Below, piece by piece: positions 28,647 through 42,280 of a stretch of DNA of 64,000 bases. The notes below the pieces were generated by a model. It was not told the origin of the DNA, searched no databases, and saw nothing but the letters and a program-made list of their open reading frames with translations. Position 1 is the stretch's first letter. Each line of letters opens with the position of its first letter. A program made the position numbers and the translations under genes. This stretch comes from Podarcis bocagei (taxonomy: Eukaryota): assembly GCA_964188305.1 (NCBI GenBank), contig OZ076897.1; one strand, 5' to 3'.

Positions 28647-29742
28647 GCCCCCCTTGAAAAGGATAAAAGAACCAAGGGATTTGACAAAAAAATATCCTAT
28701 CTGGAGAAGGATATTTTATATAATAATCAAAAGATACTTTCTAAAATGTACAAACTACTTTTGAATTGGCAAAGAAAGGAGGAAGATATCAAAGAAATTA
28801 CAGTAAAATGGGAGAGGGACCTGGGACATACGATCAAACCCAATATTTGGAATGAATTATGGACTAAAAATATAAAATTCACGGCTTGTTTCCTTATAAG
28901 GGAAAATCTTATGAAAATGTACTATAGGTGGTACCTGACCCCTGTAAAACTTGCAAAAATAAATAAATAAATCAAACAATAACAAGTGCTGGTGATGTAA
29001 GGAACAGATAGGAACATACTACCATATGTGGTGGTCCTGTCTAGAGACACAAAGATTTTGGAACATGATTTATGAAGAGATTGATAAAAACTACATTTAG
29101 CAAGAAACCGGAAGAATTTTTACTAGGAATGGTTTCAGATAATATTCCCAAAAATAAAACCAGGCTATTTATGTATGCAATGTCAGCAGCAAGGGTTATA
29201 GTGGCAAAACACTGGAAAGATAAAAATACACCCACTAAAGAGGAATGGGTAGTCAAATTGTGCGAGTACTTGGAGCTCGCAAAGCTGACAGATGCAATAA
29301 GAGATAAACCTAAATAATTGGTGAAAGAAGAATGGGAATGTTTAAATAATTATTTAGGAGACAAGGGCTCAGCAAGAAAGATCTGGCTATGTTTAGAATG
29401 ATGCTGCATAGAGAAATGTTCCCTGATACCAAGATGAGGGATTCCTTTGGAATGCAGATAGAGATAATTGATAAGAATAATGATCTGTTGTGAGCTTGAC
29501 GGAAGTGTGCAATAGATGAGCCTTCCTGCTTTGGCTCATCTTCCCTTATCTCTTTTTTTCTATTTTTCTTTTTTCTTTTCTTTTATCTTTTCCACAGTTG
29601 TTTATTTTCTTTGTCATGTACTTTGATATTTTTTGTAGTTTTTTAAAGTTTTTTCCCCATTACTATTAAGGAATTTTCCTTTGTAATTTTGGTTGTCTAT
29701 ATTTATATGTACCTGTTTAAAGCAAAATAAAAGTTTTTTAAA
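28647..29742 (+). mobile_element. 5'-truncated L1-clade LINE (ORF2 C-terminus, 3'UTR, polyA)
   Basis: Peptides KMYYRWYLTPVKL..., Cys/His knuckle KCWxC...GTYYHMWWSC, KKPEEFLLG...PTKEEWVVKL with stops/frameshifts; AATAAA plus A tail; 15-bp TSD AAAATAGGTATT(T/C)AA at 28632-28646 and 29743-29757. Confidence 0.9.
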
Positions 29743-30387
29743 AAAATAGGTATTCAAAAAGTAGTTTAGGGTAAAATAAGTTTAGAAATGTGTCTACCAA
29801 GATTAAACACATATTCAAATTTATATTTTGTGATAAACTATGGACTTGGCTACACTGGTAAAGAAAAAACGATTTATATGTGTTGTATATGCGATATAAC
29901 ATTGTGCCACCAGAGTCCCGTTTTTCTCTACCTGTTTTCCCTGTTTAAATTTACAACACATTTAACTCAAACACTTCTTTGATGTGCCTAGATCCAGCCT
30001 GTTAAACAGGAATTTTGTACGGTTTCTGTTTTTATTTTAGAGTCACATATTAATGCAGAAATGGAATGGAACAGAGCCATCGAAGGTGTCAGAACCACAT
30101 CAGGAACGGTAAGCTCTGCTTTCGTTCCACAGTACATGTGTGGTACTGATCCCCCCTCCCTTAAAATAGATATATTCCTGCTTCCAAACTTTTTTTCTTA
30201 ACAGAGGAGGCTTCAAACAGAATGATTTTCTAAGTACTTAAACTATGGAACAAAGGGTAAGAACTCTTTAATGAAATTCACAAGCCCCAAATCCACTCAG
30301 TTTTATCCAAATGACACCTTTCCATAACTTTTTAAACATCAGATAAGGTGGCCAGCCCACCTCTGCTTCTCAAGGCAAAGTGGCTTA

Positions 30388-30822
30388 AAAATGGAAGCAG
30401 GAAGAACTACCGACTCTGGAGGAATGGAGAATGAAGTTAACAGACGATGCAGAACTGGACAAACTAACTGGAAAAATAAGATATCAACGAGATCACAAGT
30501 TCATTGAGGACTGGGGAAAATTTTCAGAGTATTTGAAGAGTATTTCAGAGTATTTGAAGAGTGTATGTGATGAGCAAACAACGCTAGTGGGTTTTAAAGA
30601 AGCTTTGTGAAAAAATAAGGAATATTGCAAGAATGCAAATATGTTTGTAAAGGTATCTTAAAAGGCGATACTAAATTTGGGGAATGCGTAGATAAAAATT
30701 TAAATACGGATGATTGTCAGAGAAGCTGAGGGAAGTCCAAAAGATGAAAATATGTTATTTGGGAAATTGTTTGATTGGCGATATTTGTGTAAAACTTAAT
30801 AAAAATTTATTTTAAAAAAACC
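30388..30822 (+). mobile_element. Short 5'-truncated L1-clade LINE nested in L2
   Basis: KWKQEELPTLEEWRMKLTDDAELDKLTGKIR...EDWGKFSEYLKS; AATAAA plus A tail; perfect 17-bp TSD CAAGGCAAAGTGGCTTA (30371-30387, 30823-30839). Confidence 0.9.
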
Positions 30823-30839
30823 CAAGGCAAAGTGGCTTA

Positions 30840-31275
30840 CAGAAATATAACCTTAAAAAAACCCTTTTTAAAAAAATTACAAAAAGTGAGAATAAATGAG
30901 ATTCACAATAGAAACAACATAATATTCCAACCTCCATCCAGCTAGCGCAAAGGCCAATTAAAGGAAATGAGTCTTTCCCAAAAGGTCTGAAATGCTGAAA
31001 TGTATCTGCCTGTTGAAGCTCTACTGGGAAAGAGTTCCAAAGGCTCTGAGGAAAAGGCCCTCTCTCCCACGATACCCCACCTCCCAGACCTAGGAGATAG
31101 ACACACTGAGAGGGCCTCCAACTGGGATTTCAGAGTGTGGGTGGGATGGTTCAGCAGTAGGTGACCTGTCGGATTACTTGGGCTCAGACTGGTTAGGACT
31201 TTAAAGGTTAAAAACCAGCACTTTCAGTTAGACCGAGAAACATACTGGAAGCCAGAGTAGCTGGTATAATACAAG
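30840..31275 (-). mobile_element. L2 LINE 3' fragment
   Basis: Minus strand reads ...ctggcttccagtatgtttctcgg...aaagtgctggtttttaacctttaaagtcctaa..., the same L2 motif as at 22230; ends approximate. Confidence 0.7.
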
Positions 31276-31462
31276 TGCTATTGAAGCTATACAGATTTCA
31301 ATAGTTATCATATTAATTACATTGGGGTATGTGTGAAGAAAAGGTCCCTGTGAAACATGACCAAATTTATTTTATTTGTTTCTATGCCATCATGATCCCA
31401 ATTACTTACAGATACTGGAGTGCAATTATATCATGGTATATTATACTATAATCAGATAATTA

Positions 31463-31747
<285 letters not shown>

Positions 31748-32294
31748 TCACGTTAGGAAAAAATAAAGGACCTTTCCGGCATCTTTTAGCTAGGAAGAAA
31801 AATCTTAATCCTGAGGGTTTATGGTTAAGCGAACACAACTATAATGACTTTTGAAGAAATCACTACAGACATATCGCTCCCAATTATATACATATTTGAA
31901 CTTCACATCATTATCATAATCTGTTTATGTAAACAGCATACTAAGTGAAATGTGCTTTTAAGAGTTGTTCCCGTCTTTCCTCCCTGAGCCCCTGAAAGTA
32001 ATCCCCAAGCCATACTAGTTACAATAAAATTATACAGCATTGTTAACATAGCTTCGCTGAACATTGGGACCTTCCTCTCATCTTACAACGTTCAATATTC
32101 TTATGAGATGGTGGCATCGTGCATTTATATGTGAATAATCCCATCTATAACAGAGTCCAAGGAGTATGTCATCACTTTTGGCTCCTCTGTCCCTGGGGCC
32201 AGAAAAGGCAGAAAAAGAGCTTTCTCCTGGGCCTCACTATGGACTTCTTTTCCAATTTGGTTTCTTCCATGGTTTGAAAGCAAATGCAATTCAT

Positions 32295-32480
32295 GTGAGG
32301 ACGGGCTGTGAGCATCTGCTTTGGATGCAGGAGGATCCAAGTTCAATCCTTGGCATCTCCAGGTAGGCTTGGGGATGTCTTCTGTCTGAAACTCTGGAGA
32401 GCTGCTGCCAATCAGTATGGACAATACTGAGCCAGAAGGACCAATGGTCTAACTCCATATAAGGCAACACCATGTGGTCG
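32295..32480 (+). mobile_element. tRNA-derived SINE (Squam2-like)
   Basis: gagcatctgctttggatgcaggaggatccaagttcaatccttggcatctcca (tRNA-Ala-like head), then tail ...ggaccaatggtctaactccatataaggcaa; related decayed copies near 36125 (+), 53125 (-), 61535 (-). Confidence 0.7.
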
Positions 32481-33062
32481 TATAAGAGCAAAACACTTGT
32501 TGGTCTCTCTAGTCTTGGCAAAAAGGAGAGGGTACTCACGTCGCTGCCATATGTCCAACTCATATCATTCATTCCCACCTCTTTCAGGTCTATTGTGTAA
32601 CTAAGTGGGTGCTACAGGCAATGACCACTCTATGGTTCAGATAGCTTGTGCTGCTAAATCTGCATGGCCAGGCAGAAGACCTCCAAGAATACTGAACCCA
32701 GGATTGTAGATGTTCCTCCTGATCAGGCCACAGGAGTCCTAGGAAACTTGCTGAGGGGCAGGGCTGGTCGGATGCAAAATCTCCCACTGACCACACCATT
32801 GTTTTGTTGAACATTTTATAAGTTTTCAAAATAGGCAGGTCTGGAACTTTGCACATAAAAAATAATGTTTTGTTTTCTTTAATAGTGTCTTGCTGTTTCA
32901 TTGGTGATCAAGGTGGGAACTGTAGATGTTCCGTAGCAATAAAATATAAAATGATGAAAAATACTTATGATTCAAAGGAAAAATCAACAAAGAATTGGAA
33001 AACATGTTAAAGAAAATAAATAATGGAAAGTTACCAGGTCCTTTTAAAATGCTAATTATTTA

Positions 33063-33263
<201 letters not shown>

Positions 33264-33433
33264 TCAGGAAAAGATTACCCATGGCATTATTTGAAAGCAT
33301 TTCTTCTTTGTAATTATCTTCTAACTACAGCTATTAATTTTTCTTAAACATGTATGAGCTACAATACCGTGAACATTCCTATTGAAATTCTATGCAGAAA
33401 TCTGTGATAATAGTGCATCTGGCAACACCTAAT

Positions 33434-33693
33434 GAGAGCCAGTGTGGTGTAGTGGTTAAGAGCGGTAGTCTCGTAATCTGGGGAACCGGGTTCGCGTCTC
33501 CGCTCCTCCACATGCAGCTGCTGGGTGACCTTGGGCCAGTCACACTTCTTTGAAGTCTCTCAGCCCCACTCACCTCACAGAGTGTTTGTTGTGGGGGAGG
33601 AAGGGAAAGGAGAATGTTAGCCGCTTTGAGACTCCTTAAAGGGAGTGAAAGGCGGGATATCAAATCCAAACTCTTCTTCTTCTTCTTCTTCTT
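33434..33693 (+). mobile_element. Young full-length tRNA-derived SINE (Squam3-like)
   Basis: A box TGGTGTAGTGG, B box GGTTCGCGTC, core ctgggtgaccttgggccagtcac, L2-like 3' end and (CTT)n tail; CpGs intact; about 170 bp upstream of the PDZ3 exon. Confidence 0.88.
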
Positions 33694-34629
33694 GTTGTGC
33701 ATGTGTGCACATGCATGTGTGTGTGAGAGAGAGAGAATGAGAAAAAGGGAGAAAGAATGTGTGTGTGCAGTCTGAATTAATACAACACAATACTTTCTGA
33801 ATTAATACGAATTTGAACCATTCCATTTCCAAACAGGAAATAATTATTGGCGGCATGAAAAACCAACACATTTTCTGTTGCAAGTTCATTTGCCCTTCCA
33901 AATAATGACATTTGAATATTTATGTATTCTGAGCAGCAAGAAGGATACAAACAGCAGGCAAATAGATAAATACCCATTAGTCATGTGCTCCATTTTTCTT
34001 TTGCAGTTGGGATTATTAATAATGTTCAAAGAAATGTCATATAAAACATTACAGATGAGATCAGGTAACGGTAAGCCTCTTTGCTCTTGGGTGCCAGAAA
34101 AGTCATATGGGGCACAGCTGTGAATACTAAAAAAAAATATCTTCGACATTTCACATCTGTTCTACTTTCACACTCCTACCTTTGTTGCTCACAGTACACT
34201 GCCTGACTCCAAATAAATAGCAATGATGGTGGCTTGCTGACATAAAAAGAGTGAGTGGTTGATGCTTAGTAGAATTCAGAGATAGAAATAAAATACGTTG
34301 TTGTTTTTGCTAGATTAAAATTAAAAACTGTATCTTGCCATTTTGTGATTATAAATTTGCTTGGTCACTTGTGGTAACCATTTGCTTTAGGTATGCTGCT
34401 CTAACCACTGGAAGCTCCGTCTCCTGCTAGAAGATGGAGACAGAGTGTAGATTCAGACTTCATAATGTTACCCATATTTATTGAGTATAGTGTGCCTTGT
34501 GGGAGATTTTTCAGTCAAACCCAACCATGCACAACCATGCTAGTAAGTAGATGAAGGGGTTAAGGACCACAAAGGAGTACATTTCTAGAGAAGCTGTAAA
34601 GGGGAGGGGTAATACCTCTGATGGGGGAC

Positions 34630-35330
34630 ATGTTGTGCTTTGTAGTTTGTCCACCTTTGGTCCCCACCCTGCACTCAGCTCTCACCTGTGGCTCCTAGAA
34701 ACTGTCTGCATACAACAGTAGCCACACCCTAGGAACAGCTTTGACTGGCCAGTTAAACCAGGTGAGGATAACCTTTGGGTCTCAAACCCTTGGTGAGTTA
34801 GGGACCTCCCCCAAACACAAAGACAGGCTCTGGCAGATTGAGCAGACTAGACCAATAGTGGATCCAACGGTCAAGAAGGAGGATTCTGCGTGTGCTGTAG
34901 AGGGAAGTGATGGGCAAACAGGGCTTGTCAGACTGGGAAGGTAGCCCATCTAGCAGAAGGAAAACTCTGAACATAAACCTGTGCTGCCTTGTGGGATATT
35001 TTCAGGAGAATAAAGTAAACCCTACACAAATCCAGAGTGGAGTCCTAAGATAGTTGAATAGTTCCTTGTACACATCTTTCTGGCAACTCCTGCAGCCAAG
35101 CTGGTGCCAAACATATTGTTCTGCTTTCCTCTGGACCACATCAGCAAGGCTGAGACAGGGGTCTTGTTGTCTGAGTAGCCCAGGACCTCCATATACACAG
35201 CCCAGGCTTGCACCCCAGTGAAGTCACTTTGGTGCTTCTAATGCAGAGATTTGACATCACCTCCGGATGTGCACTCTATTGTCTCAAGACAGACAGATGC
35301 CAACAACAATACTGGGCCATTCAAAGATCT
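34630..35330 (+). mobile_element. Non-autonomous retroelement, RTE-like
   Basis: GC-richer block ending in gatgccaacaacaa (CAA tail); family assignment is from recall only. Confidence 0.45.
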
Positions 35331-38300
35331 AACAACCTATATTTCCTATGTTTTTCAAATGCTGCATATATCTCTATTTTAAACTCTGCTGTGGGCTTTT
35401 AGGGCTATTGAATAAGTCATGCCCCAAGCACTTTTTGAATTCAGACAGTCAGTCATTTTTCTTTTGCAGTTTCCCACACATGTAGGACTTCAGAATTAAC
35501 TATTATTCCCCAGTTATTTCCCAATACAACTTTCTGGGGAGCAGAAGAAGAATAGTACACTAAGAGTAGCAGCATCCACAGTACTTAATGACAACAGCAA
35601 ATCTCTAAAGAATGGAATAATGATGTGGGGAGGCCTAATCTCAATTTGGAACTGAACCAGCACTTAAGAGTATAATCAGAGAACTCCCAACAAATATTCA
35701 TTTATCCTGTGAGTTGGATAAAACATGTCTGGCCACAAAGTCCTTCATTAACAATAAGTAGGTGCCCATAGTGCTAGTGCAATTGTCATTCATACATCAT
35801 AGAAGTTGTAACAGCTGTACTTCCTGGGTCAAGAACTAAAGTTTCCCAGCAATTTCTATCAGCTATTTGTGTATGCCAGTAAGCAATGATTTCCCAATGA
35901 TGCGAGTATTTCCTGAGACAATCCAACCTTATGTGAATTCTCTCCATCCTTCACATCCCAGTTGAGTTACTACTGTTATCAAAGCTAATGTAAAACATGG
36001 CTAGCTTCAGGCAGTGTTATGAAACTAACTTCAAGCAGCAGTTAAAAATTAAGCATGGTAAGCATTAGCACTGGTGCAGATGTTATGCTGCACTATAGTT
36101 TACACTGACAGCAATGTTATTTGGGGGCAGAAGCCAATGGGAGAGCAAATGGTTTTTAGGTATAAAGTTCCAAGTTTAGTCCTTCATATCACTAGTTAAG
36201 AAATTACCGTATCTCCAGAAGTAGGTCTGGGGAAGACTTCTGGTTGAGAGAACTCCTCCAGGATAAATAAGCAGCACTGGGTTACATAGTATTAGCTGAA
36301 CTTACTTTAATGGACTTCAGCATATGCTGGCTGGCGCATATGGCAGCTGTGGTCCAAAACATCTGGATGGTACCAGGTAGCTGAAGGCGGCACTAGGTTA
36401 GTGCCTTACAAGTTATGCCCAACAGGCACAAACCACCACTTAATTACTGGCAGTATAAAATACTGAGACTGAATCTTCCAAAACTTAAAGCAGACTCCTA
36501 TTTTGAGAAGGAAGGAAACACTGACCGTGTGAAACACAACAGTGTCACCCAAATCCCATGATCATGAATTATGGCTTTAAAATGCAAGGGGAAATATGTA
36601 AAATGTGGCATTTAAAAACTGAAACTGAAAATATAACACAATCACTGACTAATTGCAATAACTTCCATTTGATCTTGATATGCTCCAAATTAACAGCTTC
36701 AGCACGTCAATCAAAATACCTCAACATTATTTTCATGATTAGATGATCCGCGAAAGAAATTTATTGCTTTGCATGTCCCCGTCACCACAGAAATAAAACA
36801 CCCAAGTCAATTTGTGTGCTGTAATCATTGAACAACAAGGCTCAACTCCCTCAAGAGTTCTTGCATACCATGTCCAAAACAATTAGCAACTTCACAATGC
36901 TCTGTTCAGAGCTGCTGTACTGAAGAAAAGGTCACCTGAAATGACTTCAGTTGAATGAATGAAGCTGCTCAAGTATGTAATTTGCAATAAAAATGCAATG
37001 GGTGATAAACTACATAGGTGACTTCTTTGCCTCAAATTCAAACCTAGCATCGGTGAACAGTAAGTGACATGCCATCATTTGTTTCCAGGGATTTTGGAAC
37101 CCCCCCCCCAGCTCACCTGAAATGAAGCCCAGGTATATTTTCAGCTCTTGCTAGCTTTGCCTCCTGTATGTCTTTCTAGACAGGCCATTCTATGATCCTA
37201 TGTGTCCAACTCCAACTTTAAGAACACAGTCTTCTATTTGAGAGGAGTCTCTGCTTGATGGGGTTTGTCTATCTGGAGAGCTGTCCAGACAAAGTCTGGT
37301 TTAAAAATGAAGGGAGAGCAACAGGGGCCTTAAAGTTGCCTATCTAGGCATCTGACTAAGCAGGCACACAGGTCAGCTGCTCACAACCTTCCCCACTAAG
37401 GTGAAATGTACTGTATTTGTATTCAAAATATATACATTGTTTCTAAATTTGCATCTATAAACCTGTTAGCATATGCATATTTTATGCAAATCTGTGTCTT
37501 CTTTGTCTCCTTTTTTGTGATGTACAAGTGGCCACCCTAATCCATTCTCATTCTAAGTCTGTCCATAGAAACAAGAAGCCAAGAAATGTACCCAAAATGG
37601 ATATGGCACCTCCACTAGCTGAAGTTCGGAAGACAAATAGGTGAAGACACAGTAATTTCTAATAGGGAGAGAACTGAAAATTGTGTTCTTTGCTTTGCAA
37701 AGAAGAACTGGCAGCTAGTATTTCCAAATGTTAGCTGATGATAGAACATAAAGGACCAGCCATAAATTTTGGAATGTGAAGATTAAAAAGCCATTATGAG
37801 AGAGTCACACAACAGATTTTTCTATTACAAGTTAAAAGTTTCTACAGTAATCTCAGTGCAGAATTGCACATGGTTCCCAGTCAGGTGACTGAAAGTATTG
37901 GCTTCACAGCCCCAATGTGCTCAGCAAACACATCCTTACTCTTGTCCTGATGCATGATGATGGAGCAGCCCAATGTGCAACGCTCTCATTCCCAAAACTA
38001 AATTCCATCAGAATCTTGAAATGATTGCAAAGCCACCTTGCAACAGGCTAAAAGTATTGTGCATCTGAAACCAATAACAGCTGTCTGTCACTTATCACAC
38101 TCCAAGTAAAATGAATATGTTGCTGCACAGATTCACCCTGGCCCCAAAACCCTTCTTGGAAAATGGACATTTTGAATTTTTGTTGCTGTTGTTGTTTTAG
38201 GGGGAAAAAAAGGTGTGGGGAGAACATGCAACAGTACTAGGTGTGCAGGCACATAGAGAAGGAACATTGAAGACAGAGAGCATTCCACTCAGCGTTAACA

Positions 38301-38467
38301 TTTGTTGGAAGAAAAAGGAGAAGGGAAAAACAAAACGAAAGTGAAATGAGTAGTTGATTCATGGAACACACAGAAAAGAGTCCATGCAAGTTATGGTATT
38401 AGTGTGATCTTACCAGAATATTTTTCAGGTTAAAGGAAAAGCAAATAACATGATCAGAAAATATATA

Positions 38468-38686
38468 CAGTGGTACCTCGGGTTAAGTACTTAATTCATT
38501 CCAGAGGTCCGTTCTTAACCTGAAACTGTTCTTAACCTGAAGCACCACTTTAGCTAATGGGGCCTCCTGCTGCCACCGCGCCACCGGAGCACGATTTCTG
38601 TTCTCATCCTGAAGCAAAGTTCTTAACCCAAGGTACTATTTCTGGGTTAGCGGAGTCTGTAACCTGAAGTGTATGTAACCCGAGGT
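38468..38686 (+). mobile_element. Tc1/mariner MITE, same family as 18861, right TIR clipped
   Basis: TA|CAGTGGTACCTCGGGTTA...TAACCCGAGGT; high identity to 18861-19078. Confidence 0.9.
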
Positions 38687-41061
38687 GGTGTGCTTCCAGA
38701 CTGTCACTATTTTCAGGTGGGGTTCAATGACATAACAGCAAAATCACATTGAAAATTCTAGTTGCACAACATATCCACTTCCCCAAAAGACTGGACTTTT
38801 ATGTTAAGTGATGGGAAGAGCCAATGCAAAGTACAGAATAACACATGCTTACACATAGTGCTGTCTACCCTCACTACACACACAGAATGCTCATTAAATA
38901 GCCAGTGTTGTTTACCTCCCTCCAAACAAATCAAGAAGAATGTTCAATTGACAGGAAGCACCTAAGGTGTAAAATAAGACAGGCCAAAGGGATTTGTGAA
39001 AAATCATGAAGGGAGACCAAAATTATCAAAGAACTTAAGGATATTGTACATCTAAGGGAAAGGAAGGCAAGGCCAGATAGAAAACTGTAGATAAGGGGCT
39101 CACGTTTGGACAGCAGCAATTAGTAACAGTCAGGAAATAAACTGAAGGAGCATAAATTAAGCAGAAATGAAGGACCTGAATGCTGTTAGTATTATTATTT
39201 TTTTTAAAAAAAATCAAGCTAACCAAACTCATGAAAAAAATGCTGACTGTGTTGTGGCGACTATCTTTAAGTAAAGGACACCTGTTTATAAAGGGTATAT
39301 GATAAAGTGAAATAAAAGATGAATTGCATGGAAACACAAAGAAATTGGACACATAGATAAGAAGTTACAAAAGAATTGAAAAATAAAAGCAGGAGAATAA
39401 ACCAAAGCCAACAGTAAATGTGTGTGTGCATTTAGCTCAGGTTAAGTTATACAAAATTAGGAGCAGTCCAAAATGGGGCAGCAGAAACAAGATTGTGTGT
39501 GTAGATTCTGAACTCCCTACCCCCAACAGATTAGCATCTTTGTTGTATAGCTTTTCTCATATGTTAAATACGTACCTCCTTACCGTAGCATTTGACAGTT
39601 AAGGTATTTTGCTTTGTAGGACCCACTTATTTGGCCAAATTTTTAATGTTCCAAACAGTTCTATTTTGTTGTCGTTATACGATTGTAGTAAAATATTTCC
39701 AATAACTAAACACACAGAGATTTGGAACTTTCCTGTGAAATCTGTACTCAAAACCCTGTATCAGAAAGGCAAAGAGAATGTATAGTACTCAAAAGATTTT
39801 CACTTTTTTTCCCCTAGCTGGACTCATGTGACTTATTTGTTATGTTGCTACCTTATTCTTTTACCTAGCTGGCCCCAGGCTGTGCTCAAAGCTAGACCAG
39901 CAGTGGAACTGTGTCACATTCAGACTATTCTCTGGGCAGAAAATTAATAGGTGAAGTTTTCCCCACCATTGCACCTGCATGCTGAGGTTATTATGGTCCA
40001 AGTGTGTTGTTATAAGGACGTGTTAAAGATTGGCCTCTCCGTCTAGCAGTGAGCTGCAGACTTTGTTTCTTATATTCTGAGTAAATATTTGATGGCCTAG
40101 TGTAACTCAGATAGGTAAAAAGATGAAGCGTTTGTAATTGCACATTTATTTGAATATAACTGAGTAAAGCAATTTATAGGTTAAACAGCAGGTGAATAAT
40201 GAAATAAAAATTATTATTATTATTATTAATAATAATAATATCTAACCTCCCATTTAAACTATTGAAACATGTTGTACTTAGAGCTTCCTTTGAAATTGAT
40301 CCAGCAACTCTGACTGGAACAAAATAGGGCTGCAAGATTATTCATTGGGACTGAGCATCTCAAACACCAGTTCTTTATCAGCTACATTAGCTCTCAGGAG
40401 CATTACTGGGGCTTTACTTGAAGGCCATTGGGATCTGGTTACCTGAAATATGTTTGTGTCGGGAGTGGGGAACTTCTGGTTCTCCAGATGCTGCTGAACT
40501 GTCCCATCATCCCTAACAATTCACCATGCTTGCTGGGGTCAGCCAAACTCATTCCTTCACAGTTTCACAATTAACTTCTTTCTGGGTACAGCTACTGAAA
40601 ACTACTAAACTTAAGTAATTCAACCTCAAACACTGGGGCACTAACGCAATTTGCTCACTGAGCCAGTTTCTGTTTTCCTTTAGTAGATCAAAACATTCTG
40701 CCCAAAGAGCCTCATGGGCAAACTGTGATCATAGTTTTGATTTAGTTGGTGCTACCATGAGTGCCCACTGCATAACTAGAAAACCATATACAGCTGATCA
40801 CAGCTACAAAGAAGACTCATTGCTCTCTTCTCTTCAGCTGTTCCCAAGCGAAATATTCTAATTTCTGCCACATGTTAGGGTAAACATTAATTAATCTTAT
40901 TTGCACATATAGACGGAGGCTCATTATTCTTATTAGCTAAGTTAATATGTCACATCTGGCAAAGGCTCTACATTAGTACAAATCTAACAGTAGCTGCAGA
41001 AATTCAGAAACTATATGCAGAGGCTTGTTTGAGATTCCATGGTAGACTGGGAGAAATAGTA

Positions 41062-41222
41062 CCAGAAATAGTACCTAGGGTTAAGAACTTTGCTTCAGGA
41101 TGAGAACAGAAATTGCAAGGCGGCACCGCGGGGGCAGCAGGAGGCACCATTAGCTAAAGTGGTACCTCAGGTTAAGAACAGTTTTAGGTTAAGAATTAAG
41201 TTCTTAACCCGAGGTACCACTG
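41062..41222 (-). mobile_element. Tc1/mariner MITE, inverted and truncated copy, inserted in an L1 relic
   Basis: Reverse complement of the 18861 family; ends TAACCCGAGGTACCACTG|TA. Confidence 0.85.
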
Positions 41223-41783
41223 TAAAAGCTTTTGGGGAAATGATATATAATGAGTTGAAAAAAATGTTGAAAATAACCATTCCAAAGAAACCAGAAGCTT
41301 TTCTTTTAGGAATTTTAGGTACAGACATCCTGAAGGACCTGAAGAAATTGTTTATGTACATGACCACAGCTGCCCAAATATTGCTGGCCCAGAGATTGAA
41401 AGAAAATACAGTTTCAACCAAGGAAGAGTAGCAGATAAAATTAATGAAATATGCTGAAGTGGCAAAACTTACAGGAAGAATTAGGAGCCAGGAAGAGTCA
41501 AATCTGAATAAAGAATGGGGGAAGTACACAATGTTTTTTGAAAAATTATTGTAAACAACTACATTCATTAGCAGGTTTAACAGAAAACTTGTAGTAAAAA
41601 TTTGAACTATGGATTGATTAAGGACTTATAATATAATTGGAGTTCGTGATGAGATGCAGAATGCAAATATATAAGGATACACAAAAGGGGGCACTCAAAG
41701 GGGATATGATGTCTGCATTTTGTTTCTTTTTTGTTGTTATTGCTTGTAAAATTAAAAATGCAAAAATAAAATAAATTTAAAAA
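41223..41783 (+). mobile_element. L1-clade LINE 3' fragment
   Basis: KAFGEMIYNELKKMLKITIPKKPEAFLLGILG...MYMTTAAQILLAQ...TKEE, homologous to the 28647 element; AATAAA and A-rich tail. Confidence 0.85.
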
Positions 41784-42080
41784 GAGATAACTGTCAGTTT
41801 TAGATGGTGTTAATACTATACTCAGGTCTTATGGACTGGGGTAGTTTTGTGGAGCAGGCTGAGGGCCAAGGAACCTAAAAGAGATAGTTACCAAATAGTA
41901 AGATGGCTGAAGGAAGAAAATAACTGGCAGCAGTGGCGTAGCAAATTCAACAGTGAGTGCAATTTTGATAGCCCAAGAACGTGTAATTTCAGCCATAGCA
42001 GCAGGCAGCAACTAGCAGGCTGCTTAGCACAAGAGGAAGCATTGCTTGTGGTCCACAGGTTACCCACCTAGGGTCTAGAC

Positions 42081-42280
42081 CAGGGGTGTCCAACTAGACT
42101 GTGATCTATTCCCACAAAAAAACACAAAAAACTGGCAGTGATCTACCCATTGTATTGACCAAAGTTGTTGAGCTTTTTGGGGGAAGGAAGACCCCAAAAA
42201 CTTTGGGCGATCAACCAAGATCACACAATCAACCAGGATCAACCAGGGGCACCCCATGATCGACCTGCTGGACATCCCTG
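42081..42280. mobile_element. hAT (Charlie-type) MITE
   Basis: TIRs CAGGGGTGTCCAAC / GCTGGACATCCCTG; perfect 8-bp TSD GTCTAGAC (42073-42080, 42281-42288). Confidence 0.92.

Noticed and set aside
32540-32589. Possible 50-nt poison exon ending GAC|gtgagt within the PDZ3 intron
   Set aside because: Acceptor lacks a polypyrimidine tract; no other support
33434-33510. tRNA-like sequence with A and B boxes
   Set aside because: Head of a SINE, continuing into SINE body and tail; not a tRNA gene
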